This document shows, piece after piece, positions 13,436 to 24,920 of a DNA stretch of 64,000 nucleotides. Numbering within the stretch: position 1 is the first letter of the stretch; every line of letters starts with the position of its first letter. The DNA comes from Felis catus. Lineage: Eukaryota. The notes under the pieces were generated by a model, which saw only the letters and a list, made by a program, of their open reading frames with translations, did not search any database and was not told the DNA's origin. The DNA lies in NCBI RefSeq assembly GCF_018350175.1, contig NC_058373.1, positions 109,432,001 to 109,496,000 on the forward strand, written 5' to 3'. Both the position numbers and the translations under genes were made by a program.

Positions 13436-14339
13436 ACTATGGGGATCCTGAACACTATGGCGAATGTTACTATAATCCAAAACAGAAGAAATTTGCAGCT
13501 ATATCTGTTACACTGCAGCATATATATGTGTATGTAAAATTATATATATATATACATACACACACTATAATGCTACATATTCTATATGATATATTATTAC
13601 ATTATATATATTATAGTTAGCCACCAATTAAAGTAGACTTCTCTCCCATCTCCTCCATAAAATAACTTTTTGGTTATTTTGGTTTTTTGACCTCCCCAAA
13701 TCAATTGGATGATCCAAATTGCTTGAAAATGAGTGCTCATGAATCTCAAAAAAACCAATTCCCCCATAAAAAAAAGTACTTGATCCATTTGTCAAAATCA
13801 TTTGCAGAGTTCCACGTCTTCTCTAAGACCAAGTACATTAATCAAACACAGGGCTTCAAAGGGGCTTCATTCTGAGCAACCCGATAGACAAATAAATTAG
13901 CTGCCAATGGCTCCTTTATAATGGAAGAGAGCCAAGCTGACCCAAGGGGAAAGGAGTAAATCACAGAGGGAACCTTCCAAGCAAAAGCAGCATTTGGGGA
14001 CCCGAAACAAACCAATAAAGCCTTCCCATATACTCTTGTTTCCAAGAGTGTGAGCCAAGCACATGTGTGTTTATTCGCTAATAAGAAGATGCAAACGTCT
14101 CACATCTGGTTGATTTCTTAGGTGCTACAACCATAAAGATGTCTGTGTCTGGAATACCCGCTGGAGCATTGTGCTCAAATGTGGCAGCTCATAAACCTGA
14201 TCGCACACGTCATAGCTATGATCCATAAGAACGTTTCCCTCTGAAACAATGCACTTCTGGAAGGTTTTCTTCTCTGTCGCCGGGATGAAATGCTTGAGGT
14301 TTCTCCTGTAGGTACGTGAAGAACTGTCCATTTTTAATT

Positions 14340-15155
14340 TGCAGAGCTTTTCACTGGTGACTCAGTGAGGGATGATGTCATATGTTATCCCACAACGGCT
14401 GGTGTGGTTCTCTCTGCTCACTTAAACCATTCCCTCTGTTTCTGTGGCAGACAGCGCTCTCCAGTTTCCATCTTTCGTCAGCTTCTTCCCAGCCAGCCCC
14501 AGGCAAACAGCCTCCCCAGCAGCAGATGAAACAGGAAGTCTGACAGCTTGAGTCTGCAGTGGGACCCCTAGTGTTTTCCCGCTCCATGCCCTGGCCGCGT
14601 TCCCCGCAAGTACAAACACACACACACAGAGCTCCCATTGTTGCAGCCTTCCCCAGCCCACTGAGCCTAATATGGAATGCAGCAGGAAACCCATGATTTC
14701 CTGATACTCCGCAAGCTGGAGGAAGCAAGGGGAAAACTCCATTAAAAAGCCCAGCTTTCCTCCATGTTAGATGTAAAGTGGAAAAGGGGGGGGGGGCAGA
14801 TTAGCAGAACTGAAGCCGTCTGGAAGAGCACAGCGAAACCCTCGGGCTGTTGAAATTTCTAGACTGCCAGGAAGCCCCTAGAATTCAGAGAAAATGAGGG
14901 TTTCTTAACTCAAACTGTAGGGAAAGGGGACACGTGCTTTTAATCGTTCTCCCCAACGTGCGCCACCTTTCTTGGCCAGTATGGTAAGCACGAGGGCAGG
15001 TGCCAGCCGCCTGGAACAGGTCTGTGGAATCCAAGGCAACCTAAGGAAGGCAGCGTGATCTGGAGCCTGCCACTCGCTTCCCGCGCTCCATGGGCTCTGG
15101 GAGAGGCAGGAGAAGGAACAGCAGCTGCAGGGTCACAGCAGCTGGAGCCGCCAGG
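14340..15155 (+). promoter_or_regulatory. RHOJ proximal promoter / 5' UTR region; transcription start not determinable
   Basis: Repeat-free sequence directly 5' of the start codon. It has ETS cores (AAACAGGAAGT 14529-14539, CAGGAAAC ~14683, CCAGGAAG ~14867), an AP-1 site TGACTCA at 14358-14364 and a G-tract at ~14786-14796. RHOJ is known as an endothelial, ERG-regulated gene. Confidence 0.6.
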
Positions 15156-15500
15156 ATGAACTGCGAGGAGGGAGATGACAGCGGCTGCGGCTGCAGGAGC
15201 ACGGAGGAGAAGAAGATGTTGAAGTGCGTGGTGGTGGGCGACGGCGCCGTGGGGAAGACCTGCCTGCTCATGAGCTACGCCAACGACGCCTTCCCAGAGG
15301 AATATGTGCCCACTGTGTTCGACCACTATGCAGGTAAGAGGAGAGGGGGGGGAGCCTGTCCCTGCACACGCGGGGAAGATGCGGGCGGCGACACCCCAAC
15401 CGCAGAGGGGCCTGCTTGATTTCCAGGGGCACTGATGGGCGCGGGCCCGGCGGTGGCCCCACAGCGGGGCGGAACCCACGGCCGAGGGCTTTGCTGCAAC
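15050..15500. promoter_or_regulatory. Small CpG-rich, GC-rich patch over exon 1 and the start of intron 1
   Basis: Visible concentration of CG dinucleotides (e.g. gcgggcggcg, gggcgcgggcccggcgg) compared with CpG-poor flanks. Confidence 0.6.
15156..15333 (+). CDS. RHOJ: First coding exon of Rho-related GTP-binding protein RhoJ (TCL): 59 codons plus 1 nt, phase-1 splice donor
   Basis: Translates [59 protein letters not shown]. This has the P-loop GDGAVGKT and the switch-[10 protein letters not shown] of the TC10/TCL branch, plus the RHOJ-like MNC...CGCR N-terminal extension. ATG context is gccaggATG, and a canonical donor CAG|GTAAGA begins at 15334. Confidence 0.96.
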
Positions 15501-15704
15501 TCTTAGGACACTTTGTGCATCCCTTCGTATCCAAAACTTTTCCCCCCACTTCAATCAAATGAGCAACACTGGGAAACTAACCCTGAACTGCTCCTCCAGG
15601 CTTTGGGGCGGGAGATCTTACTCAACGTTGGCCTGAAGAGTTAATAACTTGTTATGTGAACGTTCTAAAATGTAGTGCAATCGCAACACAACTTTTTCAC
15701 CAAA

Positions 15705-15711
15705 AAGAAAC

Positions 15712-15774
<63 letters not shown>

Positions 15775-15785
15775 GAAAAGAAAAA
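15705..15785. repeat. (GAAA)n tetranucleotide microsatellite / polypurine tract
   Basis: Direct reading; it abuts the left arm of the inverted repeat. Confidence 0.97.
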
Positions 15786-15787
15786 CG

Positions 15788-16569
15788 TAGGCTACTGTAA
15801 ACTTGATGAATTTCATGAACTTGCTTTTGAGAAACAAGATTTGTTTTGGAAGTTAAGAGAAAAAGTAAGAAAATGGAAAAATTGAGATCAGTTAGCACAT
15901 TGACAAGTACACCTACAAACTTTAGAACATTCAAAAAAAAAAAAAACAAAACGGATGAAGTTGTGGCTACAGTATTTTAACTGTCATGCCTTAAAATGTT
16001 TTGTGTCCGATTTGATTGAAAAAAGAAAGTTGCCACTAACCACACAACTGGTGAGAGAGGTATTTTTGCCACTTTTCATATATTTACCTCATGCCATTTC
16101 ATAAATGAAATGGTAAGATTAACAAACATTAGAACACTCATTTTTCTAATGAATTCATTTGGTGATGTACTGTTGTATTTTATGTTCCTAGGGTTATAGA
16201 TGGGAGGAGTATTAAAAGATTTTAAATATCTATTAGGCAATCTGTATCTTGAATTAAAAGAAACATCTTTAATGAATATGTTTTTAAAGTAAAAATGAAG
16301 ATAAAAATAAAATTTGAATCATTTTAAAGTATATCCAGAAAGGATCAAATCGGACACAAAATATTTGAAGGCATGACAGTTAAAATACTGTAGCCACAAC
16401 TTCACTGTTTGGTGTTTTTTTTTTTTAATGTTCTAAAGTCTGTAGGTGTATTTGTCAATGTGATAACTGATCTCAATTTATCTGTTTTCTTTTTCTCTTA
16501 ATTTCCAAAACAAATCTTATTGTTTCTCAAAAGCAAGTTCATGAAATTCTTCAAGTTTACAGTAGCCTA
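15788..16569. repeat. Long inverted repeat: arms 15788-16016 and 16344-16569, spacer 16017-16343
   Basis: Arm 1 TAGGCTACTGTAAACTTG...TTTTGTGTCCGATTTGAT aligns end to end with the reverse complement of arm 2 ATCAAATCGGACACAAAA...CAAGTTTACAGTAGCCTA, including a perfect 37-bp run. Confidence 0.97.
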
Positions 16570-17439
16570 ATTTTACAACTTTTTTCAACAGAGTGATCAG
16601 GTTGGTGAGTTATCAAAGATTTGAGATTTCACAAGAGGAAAATTTCCCTTCCTTCACCTTGGCTTTGGGTCAGGTTCAGCAGGGGGGGAAGTGACACAGG
16701 AAACCTGTGTGAATGTTGGCTTTGCTATGTGGCCATTTGAAATCCTCTTTCTAGAGGAAGTAGCTTCTTTTCCACAGCTAAACAATCACCTAGGTCCCAC
16801 CCTTCACCTATATTTACATGATTTATGACAATACTACATAGCAGATAGAGAGAGAATCACAGTGAAAATAGTATCCACTTCCCAGAAGGTTTTTCTATAT
16901 TTGTAAAAATTAAGAGCAAATTTTCATGCTGATTCCCTTAAGTTTTTCTGAAAATATAACTATGCCAAGAGAAGAACACTTTAATGAGAACAGAATAAAG
17001 AGAACAGGAAAACTTTTATGCGGAGAAAAAAGAAACCAGTAAAATTAAGAGGTCTGGGACTTAAGTAAGTTACTAAGATGTGAACTTCTTAGCAAAGGTT
17101 TTTTTATTTGACACCCTCTTTCTGCCAGGAAAGAGAAACTGGCTGGTACCTAATTTCAACAACTTTTAGATCAAAGAAAGGGCCCAAAATATACTAAAGG
17201 GAGAGGCTTAAGTGCTTTTGAGAATGATGCATCCTGATCCCCATCTATTGGTTGAACTAATTATCAGTCCAGTATAAGGAAGAGAGAAGACAAAACCAAC
17301 TTTAGAGATAAAGTCAACTTATAAAAAAAATATTAGAGATCAAGCAAAGGCTGAACTACCACCAGTTTCCACTAGGACCAAGTTATTTTATATTTCAGTT
17401 GTGTATATACTTACTGCTATGTGAGCATCAAAGCATCTT

Positions 17440-17540
17440 TTTTCTTTTTTTTAATTTACATCCAAGTTAGTTAGCATATAGTGCAACAATGATTTCAGGA
17501 GTAGATTCCAGTGACTCATCCCCTATGTATAACACCCAGT
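17440..17540 (-). mobile_element. About 100-bp extremely 5'-truncated LINE-1 3' end
   Basis: Poly-T followed by sequence resembling the reverse complement of the L1 terminus at ~9480-9560; flanked by TGAGCATCAAAGCATCTT (17422-17439) and TGAACATCAAAGCATCTT (17541-17558). Confidence 0.85.
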
Positions 17541-18020
17541 TGAACATCAAAGCATCTTAAAGATTTTGGCTACTCTATGATTTCACCTCTCAGGAAATCA
17601 CAGTCACTTTACCCAAAGCCATACTTTGCACATAGTAGACATTCCCAAACACTGTTACTTTGATTTACACTCTGTACCTTTCTAGGTACACAATCATCTC
17701 ACAGGCTTTCAGTTAGGTTATAAAGGAAATGAAGACATGAGCCTCATACATCTAGGGTCACAATGAAGTGAACATTTCCATTCATAAAGAAATCTTCCCC
17801 ATCATAAAGACACTCTCCTTTTACCACTGTCCTTCCCATATATGAGCTAATTGAATGTAAATCCTTATGCAGTTACATGAAAACCTTCAATTGTCAAAGA
17901 ACTAATGCTGTCTTCCCCATGTGGAAAAGTATCCAGTACCCTGTCCCTGGGTCCTACTGGCCCATTCTGAAAGGACAAGCAGCAACTGAATTACCGAGTC
18001 TTTAAAATACTGCAGTTCAA

Positions 18021-18285
18021 GGGACACCTGGGTGGCTTAGCTGGTTAAGCGTCCAACTCTTGATTTCGGCTCAGGTCATGATCTTAGGGTTGGTAAGTTC
18101 GAGTCCCGTGTGCCAGTGCAGAGCCTGATTGGGATTCTTTCTCTCTCTGTCTCTCCCTGCCTCTCTGCCCCTTCCCTGTTCATGTGCGTTCTCTCTCTCT
18201 CCCTCTCCCTCTCTCTCTCTCTGTCTCTCTCACTCTCTCAAAATAAATAAACTTTAAAAACAAAAAAAGTAAAGAGAAGAAAAAC
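18021..18285 (+). mobile_element. Can-SINE
   Basis: Head, CT tract and A-tail; GCAGTTCAAG repeated on both flanks. Confidence 0.92.
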
Positions 18286-18636
18286 GCAGTTCAAGTCAAA
18301 GAGAGCCTGTTCCTTGAAGATTTTTCCATAACAGTGGCCCATCCCAGGAAAGTGGAGATACAACAAGAAGGGTATGAAGCATACCACTCAGGATGGTGGG
18401 CGTTGAAGCCAGACAGCCCACTTCCAACACTGGCACTGCCATTGGGGTGTGGCCTTGAACAAGTTATTTAACCTTTCTGTGCCTTAATTATCACAAATGG
18501 ACAAAAAAAGGACCATAAAGGCATTAGGAGTGTTGGTGAGGCAAAATAAATAATACACGCGAAGTTCTTAGAACAGTGCTTCACACATGATAAGTGTTAG
18601 GTACCTAGAAGCTACTATTATTAAGAATAAGTTCTC

Positions 18637-18858
18637 GGGGCACCTGGGTGGCTCAGTCGGTTGAGCATCCGTCTTCAGCTCAAGTCATGATCTCATAATC
18701 TGTGAGTTCGAGCCCCGCATCAAGCTCTGTGCTGATAGGCTCCGAGCTATGGAGCCTGCTTTGGATTCTGTGTCTCCCTCTCTCTCTGCCCCTCCCCTGC
18801 TCATGCTCTGTCTCTCTCTGTCTCAAAAATAAATAAAGTTATTAAAAAAAAAAAGAAA
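18637..18858 (+). mobile_element. Can-SINE
   Basis: Head, CT tract and A-tail; AAGAATAAGTT on both flanks. Confidence 0.92.
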
Positions 18859-19339
18859 GAATAAGTTTTCTACACTTGCACACAGTTATGAAAGGAAATT
18901 AAAATGTAACTAAGAGGTAAAGACTCCAACAAAGAAAACTATAATTCTAGTGGTATTCGTCAAATGGAGTAGGATGTGATAAATGCATGTGTTGTCTTAT
19001 AATACAGTTATCACATGTATTGATACTTGACAAATATGCATGGAGTAATAGTAGCGGGATATTAAATTGGGAGGGGAAATCTCAGTTTTGCATGAGTCCT
19101 TATGAAAAAAGTTAACAACCAGATAGAAAAAAAAATTTTTTTTTACGTCTTCTGAATCTTAGTTATTTTCCCTCCACCCAAATGTATGTCTCCTCCAGGC
19201 ATCTTTCCTTGACTGCATAAGGAGAGCTCCTTGTTCCATCTTCAACCTATCTCCAGAAATGTGTTTACTTTGTAGAAGACGAACGACTTCAACCATGTAG
19301 GGCAATTTGTCTGTTTCCTTGTGTTTCCCACTCCCACCG

Positions 19340-20404
19340 TGCTCTGAGCTCCTGAGACAGAGTAGTGTCTTGCCAAATCCCACGGTCAGTTCTCAGTCAT
19401 CATCTACTGGATGGCTTGGAGGCTTTTTTTATGGCTAATTACTATCTCTCTGCTTGGTTTCTGGGATAACAGGTTCTCCTGGCTTTTATTCCCCTCACTT
19501 GGCAAATCTCTGTCCATCTCCTCTGCCGCCTGCCCCATCTCCTCCCCCCCATTATATGTTGGCACACCTCAGTGTTCGGTCCCTCAGTTCCCTTGCCTAT
19601 TTTGCTCATGCCTAAGTTGGTTGTATCTAGTCTCATGGCTTTGAATATTATTTATATGCCACCGACTCCCCAGTTTATAACTCTGGCCCTGAGACTCAGA
19701 TTTATATATCCAGCTGCCCATTTGAATATATAGTAACAACTAATTTCTCAAACTGTGAAAACAAAATTCTTTAACTCCTCCCATCTATTTCTCCCCTAGT
19801 CTTCCCCGTGCAAGTACACGACCACTACCTTCCACCCATTGCTTAGAACAAAAACTTTGTTATTACACTTGACTCCTTTCATCCTATGACAATACCCCCC
19901 ACCCTCTCCTTTCAAACCGTTTGTTATTACTCTGTTATTACTTTGTTACTACTGCCGATCAGCGCAACATTCAAAATACAACTCAAGCGCCATCACTTCT
20001 CGCCACCTACATTGCTTCACTCTTGTCCAACTCACCTCATTTCTCATCTAAGCTAGTGTGCTCACCTCTCACTTCCCTGCTTCCAAACTTGCCCTCCTCT
20101 CGTCGGTTCCCCACACAGCCGGAAGGGGGGCTATCCATGGCCCGAATCCTCCAATCCCTTCACACTCAGACCCCATCAGTTATCATGGTCTACAAGGCAC
20201 TCCATGACTTGGTCCCTGTTACCACCACACTCTCCTCTTCAGTATTTCTGCTCTAGCCACACTAGCCATCTTGGCATCCCTCAAACACACCGATATCCCA
20301 CTTTCCTTGAAGACCTCACACTTGCCCTTCCCCCAGCCTAACACTATTCCCCCAGATCCTCTTCAGCTTCAATTGACCACATTATTGAACACATTCACAC
20401 ACAA

Positions 20405-20445
<41 letters not shown>

Positions 20446-20665
20446 CACTCTTTAACCACTTATCCTGCTACATCTTTATTCATAACATTTCACACCACCT
20501 GGCATCACCCTTACATTTATTTGGTTGCTGTTTTTATCCCACACTGGAATGTAAACTCCATGAGGGCAAGGACTTTGTCTTGTTCACTGCTCTGTCTCCA
20601 GCTTTTAAAGCAGAGCCCAACATACATTAGATTCTCAATAGATAGTTATTGCATAAATGAATTAG
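19340..20665 (+). mobile_element. L2 LINE 3' fragment
   Basis: Long pyrimidine-rich L2-like stretch ending gtaaactccatgagggcaaggactttgtcttgttcactgct...ctcaatagatagttattgcataaatgaat. Confidence 0.8.
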
Positions 20666-22212
20666 TATGTCTTAGTCATCTTTGTCCCTCCAGTGCTTAG
20701 GTAATTTCTTGCCCATTGAAACGTGGCTGAATAAACAAATAAACTGCTTGTCCGATCTTTAGGAATGAACATGTTTGGAAATTAATTACATTTATTCTAT
20801 TTTTGAACTATTTTGTTCACATTTTAAGTATCATTTTATCTCTACTGGAATTGTAACATAGTGTTGAGTTTTCTTGACCTAAGTGGCCATTGTCACAGCT
20901 GTTGAATAATGTAACTCTGCAATGTGTACATTTCATTTGGAAGCAGATGAGCTGAAAATTGTTCCATATGCCTTATATTTAAAAGACTACCTAAATTTTG
21001 GGTGGCTCCCTTCAAGACTTATAGTTCTTATATACAGAACATGTTTCAGAGTGCCTCCAAGTTCAACTAAGGGCTAGGACTAAAAATTGGGAGCAGTGGG
21101 ATGAAGGTAGGTAGGATCACTCATACTTTCTACAAGTGAGCCTGAGAAACATCTCTGGGCCTTGCTTCCTACTCCCTTCTAGGATGACTCAAGAATTCCT
21201 AACAACATTTAGAGCTTTCACAGCTCACCATGGAACAATCACATTTCTTCTTCCCTCATATCTTTATCTTATCTTGAACTTTGAGTTTTGCAACAGACCA
21301 CACCCTCCCACCCACCCCCCCCCCCCGCCCTCACTGGTAAATTATTATCAAGTGATGTTTCACATAACATATGACATAGGGATAACACCTCCATTTTGCA
21401 TTTAGTTAGATTGTATGTTGAGTTAGATTATGTCCATGGTTTGTATGTTTATCTACATGGGTGTGTCAAATAAGCCTGATCGGGTTGAAGCCTGTGCACG
21501 GTGTACCTCATTCACCATTTCCATCATCCTCTGGCTTAGAATTGATTTTGTCTGTGGCTCTTTCTTCTGTCGCCCACCCCTCCCAGAGTTTGTCAAAAAC
21601 TACCTGTGTTTCAAGACTCATTTTTGAAGTCACTATTTCCAAATCCAGGCACCTATGCAGGAAATTAACATGATTTATGGAAAGAAGGGAAAATCTCATT
21701 GCTCTATCAGCTGAGTAAGATGTAAAAGAAAGTTGTTTTCACAAAGAGCTGGAAGTCCAGTCTAATTTTTCCACAAATTAAATGGTGATCAGTCCAAGAT
21801 AGACTCAATCACCACCTGGCCTTAATAGCCAGATCAAGAGGGGAAGCTATGTCCAATCCACAGAGGGGCAGGAAGGAATAACATAAAATAATAGAAAGTG
21901 AATGAAAGCAAAGCCCCAGGCCTATAAAGGTTTGTGACATAGTTCTGCCCATTTGTGAATATTTACTCAGGAGTTTCTCTTTTGTTTTTTCTGAAGACAC
22001 CTGAGAGTCTCTAGAGAACGGATGAGATTCATTCTCTGTAAGCCAAAAGGAAGCCTGAAACAACTCTCATGGGACTATGAAATGAATTACCAGGATTTTA
22101 ACCTTAGACGAAAATATAAAAGAAGTTTGTGTAAGAGGAGACATGAATGGACCAGTGGAATCACTCACTCTGTTCCTTCTAAATGCAGTGATGCTCAAAA
22201 ACATGAAGTCTT

Positions 22213-22338
22213 GGGGCGCCTGGGTGGCTAAGTCAGTTGAGCAGCCGACTCTTGATTTTGGCTCAGGTTATGATCTCACAGTTCCTGCGATTGAGCCCCA
22301 AGCTGGTTTCTGCAGTGACAGCACAGAGTCTGCCTGGG

Positions 22339-22385
<47 letters not shown>

Positions 22386-22455
22386 GCCCCTACTTGTGCT
22401 CACTTGTGCTGTCTCCCTCTCTGTCAACATAAATAAATAAATGTAGAAAAAAACC
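22213..22455 (+). mobile_element. Can-SINE with (CT)n expansion
   Basis: ggggcgcctgggtggct head, (CT)n at ~22341-22379, A-tail. Confidence 0.92.
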
Positions 22456-23963
22456 CCACAAAGTCTTATAGATATCCAACCCCCCAAGGTCTCTTTTTGA
22501 GGTGGTGTAATGTATAGCTGATGCTTTTTCTGGACCCTTGGAGGCCACACCAAAGGCGCAGTGGCAGGAATTATACAGACAGTTCCTCCCGCAGTCTACA
22601 CTGAGATGCTTATGAAAGCAAGCACATTCAGAGGCTTCAAGGGTGCAAATTACACTCCGAAAGGCAAAGCATGCTGCAGAGATGGTCAATTATGAGCCGC
22701 ATGCTCTTTGGCATAAGAAAAGATAGAAGAGGGATAAAGAAAATTAAGTTTCTGTGACCCAAGAAAAACCATGCCCTCAGCATTGGACACCACATCTGCC
22801 ATTCCCAGCCCTCCCGCATTCCAGTTTTAGCTGGCAACAAGCCAAGGAGGGAGACCAGTCCAGGCTTCAGCGGACAGGCTCCCTGTGACCAAGACATTTC
22901 GTTCCACATAGCCTGGCCTCACTCCCCTCACTTCCAGGCTAGGAAACCCTTCATAAATTTTACTACCTACCTGCCCATTGAGGTTGGGCTTCAGGTAAAC
23001 GGTATTTTATTTCTGGAATAGCTTTTCCAAAATCTGCCATTTCTCCCACTTCGTGTGGGCCAAATAGCGAATTTGGCTCCAGGATGGCCCAGCACATTGG
23101 ACGTTTATGTTTTGGAGACACTTAGCCTGTTTTACAAAGGCAGCATGAAGGTGGGTGACAAATATAAGGCCTCTCGGGAAAGGACAGGAAAGAAAAGTCA
23201 ACAGAAACAGTCTCCCTCATCAATCCTGACCACAAGATTGCAAGGGTCTATGATGGAGGCTCTGTCCTCGGTGTAAGGATACAGCTTCTGATATTATGCT
23301 GAAAACTGACTTCCCCACGTACAGAAATCCATGGCACCCCTTAGGTGAGTCAGCAGAATCCCAACAGTTAACTCTCTGGCCGTAACGCAGTCAGGATAAT
23401 TCCATCATGAATTCAACAGAGACCAACTGTGAGTCACAGAGTGTCCTGGCACTGTTCCTGAAAGCTCTGAAGTCTACCAGCTTCTTGGAAGCGTCCAATT
23501 TTCATGAAACAAAAGGACCTGATTCCTGTGTATTCGCTCGGTTTCGTCTTGGTTGTGAAATACAGCTTTTATTTCTGGCACTCTTCATTCCCAGGATGAG
23601 CATGAATCTCATTATGGCCATGTGTGACCCAACAAGAAGGGTGGTAGTGTTATTTATGAAACTGAAATGCCACTAGTATATGTATTAACAACAATAACAG
23701 TCGCTATGCACTTCCATAGTCTTTGGTATGATTCAGGCATATTTGGGATATTTTCACACATCAGTTTATTGCTTCCTCACAATGACCCTGGGAGGTGTAT
23801 TATTTTCCCAATTTTACTGATGAGGAAATCCAGGCATGGAGACACTAACCAATTTTCCCAAAGTTGAATAACTTGTAATGGAGGAAGTGGAGGTCATGAA
23901 GCAGTAAACAAACAACACAGGCAGTGTAGAGTTTGGTAGCTAATAACATCAATCTAAAAGCCA

Positions 23964-24370
23964 CTGTTAGTTAGGGTATGCTAACCCAAAAATGTAAGGG
24001 ATTAACACCGTGGCAGGATGTTTCTTGCTAATGTGATGGTTCTGGGCAAGTAATTCAAGTCAGTGAGGCTGCTTTCCTCTGTTTAGTCATTTAGACACCC
24101 AGGCTCCATCCATCTTGTGACCCTGCCATCCCTTGGGATCTCATCGCTATCTGCATCCAACCAGCCTAATGAGAAAGAACATGGACAGACTCGGTGGAAA
24201 GTTTTCTGGGCCAAGACTGGAAGTGACAGACATCATTTCCAGTCACACTCCATAGGCCTTGTAACTTAGTCACCAGGTCACACTTCAGGCTGAAAGAGGC
24301 TGGGCTATGAAGCCTTTCCTACATGCCCAAGAGCGGAAAGAATAGATTTCGGTAGAAACCAGCTATCTCC
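23964..24370 (-). mobile_element. Old MaLR (MLT1-like) LTR
   Basis: cccaggctccatccatcttgtg...ctggaagtgacagacatcatttcc motifs. Confidence 0.6.
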
Positions 24371-24699
24371 ACTTGTATCAGCCTCTCCATCCATGAAATA
24401 TCCTTTCACACTGTTTCCCACACGTAAAACAAGCTTGCCCTTTTCCAAAGAAGGACTGGCCAGAGTCCCACGCTGTCACTGCACCAGGTCAAAGCCCAGT
24501 GTTTGCGGATGATACACAACTCTTTTTTTTTTTTTCACAGCTCTTTGCATTTGATGGAGATGTAGCTCCTTGTGGTCCAATAGGAAATTCAGTATCTGTC
24601 CCATTTATACAATCACCCCTTAAACAATGGTGGAACAGGGATGAAATAGCCAAAATATTCAAAACCCCTTCAAAAAAGGAAAAAATGGTGGCGGGTGGG

Positions 24700-24835
24700 G
24701 GGGTGCCTGGGTGGCTCAGTCGGTTAAGCGTCTGACTTCAGCTCAGGTCATGATCTCACGATCTGTGAGTTTGAGTCCCGCATCAGGCTCTGTGCTAACA
24801 GCTCAGAGCCTAGAGCCTGCTTCAGATTCTGTGTG

Positions 24836-24885
<50 letters not shown>

Positions 24886-24920
24886 AATAAACATTTTTAA
24901 AAAAGGGAAAAAGAAAAGGA
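24700..24920 (+). mobile_element. Can-SINE
   Basis: gggtgcctgggtggctcagtcggttaagcg head, (CT)n, A-tail. Confidence 0.92.

Noticed and set aside
15334..15419. Continuation of the RHOJ ORF ([10 protein letters not shown]...)
   Set aside because: Read-through past a canonical GTAAGA donor into the intron; similarity to Rho GTPases stops at the donor.
14940..15554. 204-aa minus-strand ORF, the longest in the track
   Set aside because: It is the antisense shadow of the GC-rich RHOJ exon 1; no recognisable domain and no independent gene signals.
16694..16710. Hairpin ACACAGG-AAA-CCTGTGT
   Set aside because: A 7-bp stem is expected by chance in 64 kb.
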